Of a DNA stretch of 33,794 nt, positions 1 through 8,605 are shown piece by piece; position 1 is the stretch's first letter, and every line of letters begins with the position of its first letter. The DNA lies in assembly GCA_014859785.1 (NCBI GenBank), contig JACUTP010000001.1, positions 1 through 33,794 on the forward strand, in the 5' to 3' direction. This stretch comes from Candidatus Methanoperedenaceae archaeon. Its GTDB lineage: Archaea; Halobacteriota; Methanosarcinia; Methanosarcinales; Methanoperedenaceae. The position numbers and the translations under genes were made by a program. Under the pieces are notes generated by a model, which saw only the letters and a program-made list of their open reading frames with translations, ran no database searches and was not told where the DNA came from.

Positions 1-310
1 AAAGATGTTTGCCTGTACATCATTCCTCACTTTTGACGAGGTATACTATAAAGTAAACAAAGTCAAAGGAACTGACATAGCTGTGACAAACCTTGAGGCT
101 TTTTTAACTATACCGAATCTTAGATTTATTAACGTTGATGACAGCGTGGTATGGAAAGCTCTTGAACTTATCAGGAAATACAAGATTCTTCCACGTGATG
201 CCATACATGCAGCGTCTGCCTATATTGCAGGAGCCGAAATAATATATTCACAGGATAGTGATTTTGATAATATAACCGGTTTAAAGAGAATATGGAAATC
301 CCAACCCTAA
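1..310 (+). CDS. PIN-domain (VapC-like) nuclease, probably 5'-truncated by the window edge
   Basis: ORF 5..310. C-terminal PIN-type motifs 'LPRDAIHAASA' and 'IIYSQDSDFD'. Only ~100 aa, and the N-terminal acidic strand of a PIN fold is missing, so the true start is probably upstream of position 1. Confidence 0.65.
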   Translation, partial: KMFACTSFLTFDEVYYKVNKVKGTDIAVTNLEAFLTIPNLRFINVDDSVVWKALELIRKYKILPRDAIHAASAYIAGAEIIYSQDSDFDNITGLKRIWKSQP

Positions 311-488
311 ACCCGCATCGAAACTCCCTTAAGCTCCCGTACACCCAGCGCCGTATCAGCGAGAGGAAACGGAATATCCTGCTTGTGGTAAGGTCTGTTT
401 TTGATATGTGATGCGAAATTATATATTACTTTACGCCGTATGTAAACCCCGGATTTTAACCGTACACAAAGGACTGGTATTTTAAAAC

Positions 489-1223
489 ATGGAACCATCA
501 GCACCATCGCTTTTATTGGTCTTCCTGGCAGGCATAGTAACAATACTGAAACCGTGCTGCCTTCCCTTAGTCCCGGTAGTGTTCTCAGGCTCAGCAGGGC
601 ACAAGTACCGCCCGCTTGCAATTGTTTCCGGCTTAACACTCAGTTTTACCTCGATGGGTGTGCTGGTGTCTGCCTTCGGTGCAACTTTCGGGGCTTTTGC
701 GGACAGTTTGCGCAGTATAGCCATCCTGTTCATCATAGGCATGGGCGCAGTGCTCTTTGACGAAGACATTAATATGGAATTCATAAAATTATCAGGCGCA
801 ATAACGCAGGGCATCAGGCAGCGCTTTAGCTCGGTGAGCGGGTACTCGAATTTAAATATGCCTGACGGAGGAATTGCAGGAGGTTTTTTCCTCGGCATGT
901 CCCTTGGCATACTCTGGATTCCATGCGTCGGACCGATTCTTGGTGCAGTGCTTGCATACGTCGCTTCTGTTGGTAATGTTCCCTACGGGGCATGGATGTT
1001 GTTTGTTTATTCCGTGGGTATGAGTCTCCCCATGCTGTCCATAGCCTATTATGGTAAGAAAGCCACGGGCAGGTATAAGTGGTTTGTGATACACGGACCA
1101 GTGCTGAAAAAACTTTCAGGACTTATGCTTATAGTGATTGGTGTTATGCTGCTTTTCAATATAGACAAGCTGATAATACAGGTGCTTTCCCCCTATTTCC
1201 CGACCACGGTTTATGGGATATAA
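489..1223 (+). CDS. ccdA: CcdA/DsbD-family cytochrome c biogenesis thiol-disulfide transporter (paralogue 1)
   Basis: 244 aa, hydrophobic throughout. Carries the two CcdA-type Cys motifs 'LKPCCLPLVP' and 'WIPCVGPILG'. Shares long identical runs with the ORF at 5907..6635. Confidence 0.85.
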   Translation: MEPSAPSLLLVFLAGIVTILKPCCLPLVPVVFSGSAGHKYRPLAIVSGLTLSFTSMGVLVSAFGATFGAFADSLRSIAILFIIGMGAVLFDEDINMEFIKLSGAITQGIRQRFSSVSGYSNLNMPDGGIAGGFFLGMSLGILWIPCVGPILGAVLAYVASVGNVPYGAWMLFVYSVGMSLPMLSIAYYGKKATGRYKWFVIHGPVLKKLSGLMLIVIGVMLLFNIDKLIIQVLSPYFPTTVYGI

Positions 1224-1364
1224 GACCCGATTATGCAGCTTCCTGTCACAGCAGGCGCAGGTGATGATAGAAGAGTTATGACAAATGGTAAGCAGGATTT
1301 ATGCGGGTGTGTATTACCACCTAATCCGGATGATAGTATGACAAACAGGATGAGCAGGACAGCG

Positions 1365-1518
1365 TATCAAGAAAGCCTTCAGCAAAATTATCAACACCGA
1401 ACTGATACGAACTTAAAACTAACTCACTGAGTTCGTTTCAGTTCGTCCTAGTTCGCTGTTTTTATCGCATGCCTCATTTTTCGGGGCTATGAAAATGCGT
1501 TTATAATTTCCTATGCGT
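1365..1518 (+). repeat. Copy A of a ~155-nt module (vapC 3'-end remnant + hairpin/T-tract + TATA-bearing 28-mer); inverted partner at 10885-11044
   Basis: Hand alignment to the reverse complement of 10885-11044. Core 1395-1482 versus 10927-11014 differs at 3 of 88 positions, with one 6-nt indel further on. Confidence 0.85.
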
Positions 1519-1629
1519 TGAAAAAACATCCTGCCAATCCCCGGTCAAATCTTCACAGGCATTTCACCAACTAAGTTTTCCTGCCACTTTTATGCAGATG
1601 CCTGCACGTTTGAGGTAACCCCGTTATTA

Positions 1630-3924
1630 TTATAATCTGCCTTTTGGTTTTGATTTCACAGCCATAATCATGATTATTCCAACAGCGAATAATATGATGC
1701 CAATCCATGCAAGGTTTATGGTAGGGATAATTTTTAGGGTCATGGGAAGAGTGCCGCCGCTTATGCCCTGGAAAATGACGTACACATCACCGCCCAGTAA
1801 AGCAAGTGACGGGTCAATCATAGGGAATGTCCCGCTTCCGCCTTTGCCTTCAAGGTATTCAGCTACACCACTTCCGATTTTCTTGCCGTTCTGGTAAACT
1901 TCAAGCTGGACGCTCTGGACCCGGTATGTGCCTGATGTGGTAAACTCATCAACAGCAATCGGGCTAAGAACCGGTTTATCAAAACCAGGCAGTGTAAAGA
2001 TACTTCCGGTAACAGTCAGTCCCAGGTCGTCAGGCAGGGTTATAATCTCGCTCGGGAAAACAACCCCCATACTTCCGGAGTTATCGGTCAGTTCCACAAG
2101 AGTCCCGTGTCCTTCAATTGGGTTTAAGCCGGTAACCTTTCCGCTTATTGTTACGGTTTTCCCCTCAAGAGATGACGGGTCAGCAAGGACTTCTGCTATT
2201 GCGGTTCCCGGATAAGTTGCCTCTACAAGGCTCCTGGTAGAATAATCAACAACCTTAATACCGTAACCATCACCCACATTTAGTAATATGCCTTTTGCTT
2301 CAAGCGGCATATTTATCCTTTCGTTTGTATAGGTGAAATTAGAACTAATAATTGCGCCAATAAGTGTGAAAATCACTGCTATATGAACTATTGCTATACC
2401 TATCCCCTTCATCTTTACCCGCATGTTGCTGATATTCATGTAACCCGAAAAGTACTGGTATATTGCTGCCGTAGCATATATCAGGGACGGGAAGATGGAT
2501 ATGACCGAGATGGAGCCTATCAGTTTATATATTGGCGGTTCACTTACCCAGAACGGGCTGTTGTGGTCGAGCACATAAAAAGTATCTGTCCGCAGGAACA
2601 TGGTTATTATTGAGAGACCTGCCACAATAAACAGGGTTTTTTTCTGTGCTTCCTTTTTTGATTCCTTATAATTCAAACAGAACCCGAGCGCCAGCAGCAG
2701 CAGGATTGTGAATGGATAGCTCCATAAGTTGAAGAAATTCTTGGTGTCAGAGGCTACGTTTACTTTAATGCCCTGCGTGATCTGGATAAATGCCGGATAG
2801 GATATTCCCCAGAAGGAGATGAACGCCAGTATAACGAATATAAGCAGGGTTATATAGAAAATGTTTGTCTTGTTCCAGATTCCTTTATCCTCTTCTACTT
2901 TATCAGGCTCTTCAAGATACCGCCTCATGCCAAGGACAAGAGATACCAGGCTGATGATGAAGATTAAGCTTAGCAGCAGTGAGCCTGTGGTAGCCTCCCC
3001 GAAAGCATGGACTGAATTGAAAAGCCCGCTTCTGACAACAATGGCAGCATATATTATTAAAATGAAAGTAACTGCAGCCAGTATGGGTGCAGCTACTGAG
3101 AATGTGGTTTTATTCTTCCTGTGAAGAGCTGCTGCATGCATAAAAGCTGTGAGTGTGAGCCATGGAATAAACGAGGCAGTTTCAACAGGATCCCATGCCC
3201 AGAACCCGCCCCAGCCAAGAACGACATATGCCCAGACGCCTCCCACAGCTATTCCCATTCCCAGGATTAACCAGGTAAAACGTGCCCACTGCCTGCCCAG
3301 TTCCTCCCAGCCATCCTCTTTTGTGAGCAAATACACAATAGCGGCTGCAAACGGTATGGTCATTGTTGCATAGCCTATAAACATGAGAGGCGGATGCACT
3401 ATCATCCAGAAGTTTATGAGAAGCGCATTCAGCCCGCTGCCGTCTGCCGGGACAAAACTAAGGGGAACCTCTGCCAGTTCGTAAATTGACTGGAAAGGTG
3501 TCTGGATAAGTGTAAGCACTATAAAATAGGCACCTATTACCAGGGTTATTATCTGGGTTCTCCTTGCCAGCGCAGTGGCGTGCTTCGTTGTCTTTGCAAG
3601 CCATGCCGCTGATAGGAAAATCATCCATACCCAGAGCAAATACGTACCGGGCTGACCTGCCCATGTGCCTGATATTTTATAGATTAAAGGCAAGTCTCGG
3701 CTGGAGTACTGCCAGACATACTCGTATGTGAAATCGCCGGTCACGAAATAATATGTAAGGAGAAGGTAGGCAAATGTGAGCAGTCCTGCCACACTTATTA
3801 TTGCAGGCGTAACCAGCTTATAAAAAATATTATTGTTTTTCAGGTCTTTCAGCAGCAGTCCCGCAATAGCGGCTACGCTTATCGCAAGACTGGCATAAAG
3901 TATTGTATTTCCGAGGGTTAACAT
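1630..3924 (-). CDS. ccmF: CcmF-type cytochrome c heme lyase/assembly protein with extended extracytoplasmic C-terminal region
   Basis: 764 aa polytopic protein. CcmF-like N-terminus 'DFTYEYVWQYSSRDLPLIYKISGTWAG' and WWD motif 'WGGFWAWDPVETASFIPW'. Four His in CcmF-like contexts: H176 'VHPP', H263 'FMHAA', H306 'SVHAFG', H514 'IVHIA'. Confidence 0.85.
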   Translation of the reverse strand: MLTLGNTILYASLAISVAAIAGLLLKDLKNNNIFYKLVTPAIISVAGLLTFAYLLLTYYFVTGDFTYEYVWQYSSRDLPLIYKISGTWAGQPGTYLLWVWMIFLSAAWLAKTTKHATALARRTQIITLVIGAYFIVLTLIQTPFQSIYELAEVPLSFVPADGSGLNALLINFWMIVHPPLMFIGYATMTIPFAAAIVYLLTKEDGWEELGRQWARFTWLILGMGIAVGGVWAYVVLGWGGFWAWDPVETASFIPWLTLTAFMHAAALHRKNKTTFSVAAPILAAVTFILIIYAAIVVRSGLFNSVHAFGEATTGSLLLSLIFIISLVSLVLGMRRYLEEPDKVEEDKGIWNKTNIFYITLLIFVILAFISFWGISYPAFIQITQGIKVNVASDTKNFFNLWSYPFTILLLLALGFCLNYKESKKEAQKKTLFIVAGLSIITMFLRTDTFYVLDHNSPFWVSEPPIYKLIGSISVISIFPSLIYATAAIYQYFSGYMNISNMRVKMKGIGIAIVHIAVIFTLIGAIISSNFTYTNERINMPLEAKGILLNVGDGYGIKVVDYSTRSLVEATYPGTAIAEVLADPSSLEGKTVTISGKVTGLNPIEGHGTLVELTDNSGSMGVVFPSEIITLPDDLGLTVTGSIFTLPGFDKPVLSPIAVDEFTTSGTYRVQSVQLEVYQNGKKIGSGVAEYLEGKGGSGTFPMIDPSLALLGGDVYVIFQGISGGTLPMTLKIIPTINLAWIGIILFAVGIIMIMAVKSKPKGRL

Positions 3925-3925
3925 A

Positions 3926-4399
3926 TTATTTACTCCTTACCTGGTCCCTGACCTTTGTGACTATGGGAAGGAAATAGTTCGCATCCACAGCACCGGGCAC
4001 CCTTTCAAGTACGTTATCATTCCCATCGAGGAAAAGCACATAAGGTGGATAGCTCACGCCATATTTACGCGCAACGTCCCGGTCGATATCCAGGTCCATT
4101 GCCACGAGAACATAATCTGTTTCCAGTATCTCTTTTACCTGCGGATTACCAAGGGTATCAGACTGGAATCTTGCACAGTACTGGCACCATATAGCCCAGA
4201 AGTACACTACAACAGGCTTGTTTTCCTGCTGGGCCTTCAGCAATGAGTCATCAAGTGAACGTGACCACGTAAGACCGCCAAGGTAACTGCTGTTTGTATC
4301 ACTTAACTTGAATTGCGAAAGGGAAATATAATACGTTTCATATGCTATGGATATTATCAATATCAGCACAAATATCGATATAAGTTTCTTGGTTTTCAT
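3926..4399 (-). CDS. Membrane-anchored thioredoxin-like protein (ResA/CcmG/DsbE-like)
   Basis: 157 aa with an N-terminal hydrophobic anchor and thioredoxin-fold motif 'VVVYFWAIWCQYCARF' (WCxxC). Its stop lies 1 nt before the ccmF start. Confidence 0.8.
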   Translation of the reverse strand: MKTKKLISIFVLILIISIAYETYYISLSQFKLSDTNSSYLGGLTWSRSLDDSLLKAQQENKPVVVYFWAIWCQYCARFQSDTLGNPQVKEILETDYVLVAMDLDIDRDVARKYGVSYPPYVLFLDGNDNVLERVPGAVDANYFLPIVTKVRDQVRSK

Positions 4400-4517
4400 C
4401 TGGTGTTTCCTTATAGATTTGCCCTAAATATAAGTATATTGGGTTTGTGTTTTGCAGTCTGGTTTTTTTTATTTTATTTTGTGTAAGTATATACTTTACG
4501 ATAAGTGTAAATGGGAT

Positions 4518-5900
4518 TCATATTATTGGAAGTGTCAGGATTTTAAAGCCGATGATGAGGTAAACAACTGCCGCAAAATCCACGGCAATTATGCCCTGCA
4601 GTATTTCTTTCCTGTTCCGGGAACGTCTTTTACTAATAAGGTATCCTGCCCATATGGTAAAAAGGAACCCCAGTGTCAGGAATACAAGCTGGAGCTGGTT
4701 TATGGTCTCAAAGTTTATGGCAAATCCCCATACCTTCCCGAAAAGAGCTCCGGTTTCTGCTGTTATGAAAAAAATTCCCTTCAGCAGGCGGAAAGTATTC
4801 TCGGCAAGGTAAACCGAAAGACTGAGCGGGATAAACGCATATGATAATTCTATGAATTTATTTTTTGGTTGCGTTCCATGGAAAGATGCCCTTGCTGAAA
4901 CGTACATTAAACCGATAGCTCCCAGTGTTATTAGTGCAAATATGATAATAGCCCACATATTCCGCCAGTAAAGTTGAAGGAAGGTTATAGAATCTATTGG
5001 AAGCGTTGATCTTACAAAACCTATTATGGTATTCCTGAACTCGAACCGCTCCATTCCCATAACGAACAGGAAAATGACAATCATACCGTGGATTAAATAC
5101 GCCTCTGGAAGGTATTTTTTCCTGGAATGAATTATATCAGCACCCGGAATCCTGGGACTTAACCTGATATTTTCTTTTGAACAGGATTTTACACATTCCA
5201 TGCACATGATACATGTGTTATTTCGTTCCATTGTCTGGGGAAACTCATCCACAGGGCATGGTTTTCCCGCTTCTGCTCCTACAATGCATTCTTTTATATC
5301 ATGGTCGTGGCAGGTTTTCCTTGACTTGCAGCGAAGTTCTATTGCCGAGAGCATGGAAAATATCCCGAGCACGAGCCCGATCGGGCAGATGTAGCGGCAG
5401 AAACTCCGTTTTTCATAGACAATTCCCATAACAACAGCGAGTGCTGTGAAAAACAGCAGAAGGTAGGCTGTGCTTACCGGGTTTCTCGTGAACATGAAAA
5501 GATGGCGTTCTGCCGCGAATATGAACAGGAACAGAACTACGGCTATCCAGAGGTTGCGGTACTTTTCAGGATATTTTTTATTGAAACTGAATACTGACTG
5601 CACCCAGTCACCAACCGCACCTATCGGGCAGGCAAAACACCACAGCCTCCCGAAAAGTATAACAGTAAATGCAAGAAGGGGATGCCAGAGATCCCATATC
5701 ATTGTAGTGGCAAAAGGATTGCTTCCTGGAAAGCGCAGGTCGGGTTCACTTTTCAGCCCGGAATATACTATAACCGATAGGAAGATTAAGATAATGAAGT
5801 TTAAAGAAGGCTTGAAAAACCTGTTTTTTACAAGGTTCCTGAAAAAGTAAACATCGAGCAGGTCGGGTTTTCCACTATTCTCCGGTATGTTCCTGTCCAT
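4518..5900 (-). CDS. NapH/MauN-like integral-membrane 4Fe-4S polyferredoxin
   Basis: 460 aa with many hydrophobic segments. Two CX3CP motifs ('WCFACPIG', 'FCRYICPIG') plus a ferredoxin-type 'CIMCMECVKSC'. Further TM segments follow C-terminally. Confidence 0.75.
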   Translation of the reverse strand: MDRNIPENSGKPDLLDVYFFRNLVKNRFFKPSLNFIILIFLSVIVYSGLKSEPDLRFPGSNPFATTMIWDLWHPLLAFTVILFGRLWCFACPIGAVGDWVQSVFSFNKKYPEKYRNLWIAVVLFLFIFAAERHLFMFTRNPVSTAYLLLFFTALAVVMGIVYEKRSFCRYICPIGLVLGIFSMLSAIELRCKSRKTCHDHDIKECIVGAEAGKPCPVDEFPQTMERNNTCIMCMECVKSCSKENIRLSPRIPGADIIHSRKKYLPEAYLIHGMIVIFLFVMGMERFEFRNTIIGFVRSTLPIDSITFLQLYWRNMWAIIIFALITLGAIGLMYVSARASFHGTQPKNKFIELSYAFIPLSLSVYLAENTFRLLKGIFFITAETGALFGKVWGFAINFETINQLQLVFLTLGFLFTIWAGYLISKRRSRNRKEILQGIIAVDFAAVVYLIIGFKILTLPII

Positions 5901-5906
5901 ATGACC

Positions 5907-6635
5907 TCAGATTAAAGGCGGGAAATATGGCAAAAGTTTTGCCTGCAGGTATTTATCCACTCCAAAGAGCAGCATAAGCCCGACAAGTATCAACATCAAT
6001 CCTGAGAGTTTCTTGAAGAAATGCCCTCTTTTCACGAACCAGCTAACATGTCCTGAGACCTTTTTTCCAGAATATGCTATTATGAGCATCGGAATGCTTA
6101 CACCCATTGAGTATACAACCAGGAGTGATGCGGGATAAAGGAGGCTTCCCGAGCCTGCCGAACTCTCAGCCACAAATGCAAGTACGGCGCCAAGTATCGG
6201 ACCAACGCAGGGAATCCATATAATGCCAAGTGACATGCCAAGGAATAGCCCGCCAAAGAGTCCACCCTGCGGTACTTTTGCTTCAAGATTTCCGAGAAAT
6301 GGAAGGTTCTGCCGCGCAAAATTCATTGTGGAACTTGTTATCTTAACATATTCATTGTTTATATCGTCATCAAACAGGACAGCACCCATTCCTATGATGA
6401 AAAAGATTGAAAACCAGCGAAGGTAATCGGTTACGTAACCAAAAGATGCCACTGCTGATATGAGTATTCCCATCAGCGTGAAAGTAATACTCATTCCGGT
6501 AACGATGGCAATCGGGCGCAGCCTGCTCCCCACAGAACCTGAGAGTATCGCAGGCAGGATGGGGAGTACGCACGGCGTAACCACTGTTGCCAGTCCTGCG
6601 ATGAAAACCATTATTGCAGATGGGGTCGTGGGCAT
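5907..6635 (-). CDS. ccdA: CcdA/DsbD-family cytochrome c biogenesis thiol-disulfide transporter (paralogue 2)
   Basis: 242 aa with motifs 'VTPCVLPILP' and 'WIPCVGPILG'. Lies 6 nt upstream of the NapH-like gene. Confidence 0.85.
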   Translation of the reverse strand: MPTTPSAIMVFIAGLATVVTPCVLPILPAILSGSVGSRLRPIAIVTGMSITFTLMGILISAVASFGYVTDYLRWFSIFFIIGMGAVLFDDDINNEYVKITSSTMNFARQNLPFLGNLEAKVPQGGLFGGLFLGMSLGIIWIPCVGPILGAVLAFVAESSAGSGSLLYPASLLVVYSMGVSIPMLIIAYSGKKVSGHVSWFVKRGHFFKKLSGLMLILVGLMLLFGVDKYLQAKLLPYFPPLI

Positions 6636-6690
6636 TTACTGATTGCATCATACAAGCGGCATTTATATTATCTTTTTCTGAATGAAACGC

Positions 6691-7230
6691 CTAATTCAAG
6701 CCAACGTATTTCTGGGTCCTTATCGCATCCCCAACACACATATCACAAAATGAACCATGGTCGTCAAAAACGCCTCCATCAGAAATAAAGCAATCTCTTA
6801 TTGATTTGTGGGGCTTTCCTTCTGATACTACGCTTCCATGACTACCACAGCCGCAGTAACAGGGTATCTGTTCAAGTACTTCAGGGTGTTCGATTGCGAA
6901 CTTGTAGGCATTCAGGGTAATTGGGTTTGTGTATGCGTAACTTGGAAGTTTCAGGTTCTCATCAACCAGCCTTGGTGCCAGTACCGGGATATACCCCTCT
7001 CTAACAGGACCGGTGCTTGTCGGCGACAGCCCTCTTCCAACGTACTGTTCATCAATTGCCCTCCTTGCTTCTGCAAGCGTCATAACTTCGCCTGATGCTC
7101 CCTGACCCGATGGAGCGCCTGAGTTAACAACATACGCAATTCCTGCAATCAATACCAGACCGATTACTACAAGAAGTGTTGTGTTACTTCCTTTCTTTTT
7201 CCGCATTTTTTGTGTTCTTATTTTTGCCAT
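6691..7230 (-). CDS. PCYCGC-motif membrane-anchored protein (function unknown, Cys-rich, probably metal- or redox-related)
   Basis: 179 aa. Basic N-terminus followed by a TM anchor, a literal 'IPCYCGCGSHG' motif, and a downstream 'SFCDMC'. Confidence 0.7.
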   Translation of the reverse strand: MAKIRTQKMRKKKGSNTTLLVVIGLVLIAGIAYVVNSGAPSGQGASGEVMTLAEARRAIDEQYVGRGLSPTSTGPVREGYIPVLAPRLVDENLKLPSYAYTNPITLNAYKFAIEHPEVLEQIPCYCGCGSHGSVVSEGKPHKSIRDCFISDGGVFDDHGSFCDMCVGDAIRTQKYVGLN

Positions 7231-7248
7231 TTATTATTAACCTCTTTC

Positions 7249-7701
7249 CTATACTATTTCGTCCATTCTCATGATAAATGATTCTGTATCAATGTATCCT
7301 GGTATCCTGCTGATCTCTGTGCCGTTGGGATAGAGGAAAACGGATGCTGGAGTGCCCCTTATCCTGAAATCCCTTGTTTCTTCTTTCTGAGTGTTAACAT
7401 CAATTGAAACAATAACGAAATCCTGGTTCAGCTTTGATACGGCGGTATTGTTGTTGAATGTTTCTTCTTCGAATTGCTTACACCAGCCGCAGGATTCCGA
7501 CCTGAAATAAACAAATACCGGCTTATCCTGTGCGGCTGCTGATTCCATCGCTTCCCCCAGGTATGTGCCAAATGTCAGTTTGTATAAGGTTAATGTTCCC
7601 CCACTTTTTGTCTCGTCCAGGTAACTGAGTTTTGGTTCTATATCAAGGCATCCTGAGAGCAGGATGAACAGGATAAGGGACAGTAGTACCAGTTTTTTCA
7701 A
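7249..7701 (-). CDS. Thioredoxin-fold lipoprotein
   Basis: 150 aa with a TTG start (no in-frame ATG near the N-terminus). Lipobox-like 'LLSGC' and 'VFVYFRSESCGWCKQF' CxxC motif. Confidence 0.75.
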   Translation of the reverse strand: MKKLVLLSLILFILLSGCLDIEPKLSYLDETKSGGTLTLYKLTFGTYLGEAMESAAAQDKPVFVYFRSESCGWCKQFEEETFNNNTAVSKLNQDFVIVSIDVNTQKEETRDFRIRGTPASVFLYPNGTEISRIPGYIDTESFIMRMDEIV

Positions 7702-7819
7702 TTTGGATCAGCTTTACATTATGTGTAAAATGATATAAGGGTTGTGGTGAAGCGGGTTAGTTTAAAGTCACTTTTATGTTTAAATTGTCTGCATTTTAGA
7801 TTTATGAACTTGAATAAGT

Positions 7820-8605
7820 TTATTTTTCAAGGCAAATAACTTCCTTATTTAATGAAGAGCAGATTGGAACTAAATGCGGGTCTTTAGTAAGAATAGGCAT
7901 TTCAAGCGGTGCATCTATTGATATGATGATATCACCCAACATAACACAATCATGATTTTCTATTTCTTTATTTTGTATGATTTTTACCAATGATAGACAT
8001 ATTTTATCTACATCATTTTCTTTCTCAATTGGATGTATCACATTATATACATTCTCTAAAACACTCCTCTCTATACTATTATGAAATTTTTCACATCCTC
8101 CACACCCCACTTTAAATAAAAACCCTTCTTTGTACTTTTTTGGTTTAATATAAATTTTATCACATTTAATGACGCTATCAATGAAGGTGACATTTTCTTT
8201 AAATTTAGATTCTAAGCCAAATGTTATTAAAATACGAAGTTTTTGAATAATACTCCTTTCACTTTTATTAGGAAATCCCAGAACTTTCAAAATAGTTATC
8301 CAATTAGCTGCCTGCCTTTTATATTGGGGATTCTCCGTCATATTGTTAATTCTTCTATAAGCCATGCCCAAATCATTGTTATTATCGAGTAATAAGTAAT
8401 AAAGAGAAACACAATCTTTAATTAATGTTCTTTTGAATTCAAGTATACTGAATTTACTTGCATGAAATTTTTTTGTTTTAGATAATTTATAATATTCGGA
8501 TTGCTTTCCATCTAGTTTTTTAAATAATATATTGGTATCAACAAAAATATCCTTCGTACTAAGCGAATGGATTTTATCAATCTTCATATAATTGTGATAT
8601 ACCAT
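7820..8605 (-). CDS. PIN-like nuclease with a large internal insertion (island ORF3)
   Basis: 261 aa. 'KDIFVDTNILF' (D23), 'SILEFKR' (E56), 'MLGDIIISIDAP' (D225/D231) and 'ILTKDPHL' (D242) match the order and context of PIN acidic residues. The insert contains 'GCGGCE'. Low GC. Overlaps the upstream ORF by 29 nt. An alternative start is M7 at 8587. Confidence 0.6.
   Translation of the reverse strand: MVYHNYMKIDKIHSLSTKDIFVDTNILFKKLDGKQSEYYKLSKTKKFHASKFSILEFKRTLIKDCVSLYYLLLDNNNDLGMAYRRINNMTENPQYKRQAANWITILKVLGFPNKSERSIIQKLRILITFGLESKFKENVTFIDSVIKCDKIYIKPKKYKEGFLFKVGCGGCEKFHNSIERSVLENVYNVIHPIEKENDVDKICLSLVKIIQNKEIENHDCVMLGDIIISIDAPLEMPILTKDPHLVPICSSLNKEVICLEK

Noticed and set aside
1233-1430. 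65-aa ORF in the ccdA1/ccmF convergent spacer
   Set aside because: It runs through the vapC-relic part of repeat copy A in a different frame from the intact gene in copy B. No motif and no SD.
7749-7775. Minus-strand frame 'KSDFKLTRF' at the far edge of the island as a displaced histone alpha3 (compare 'EDIELAVRRF')
   Set aside because: The similarity is only 3-4 residues in AT-rich sequence, there is no target-site duplication, and it is easily chance. It is worth a look only if island-free relatives show an intact histone.
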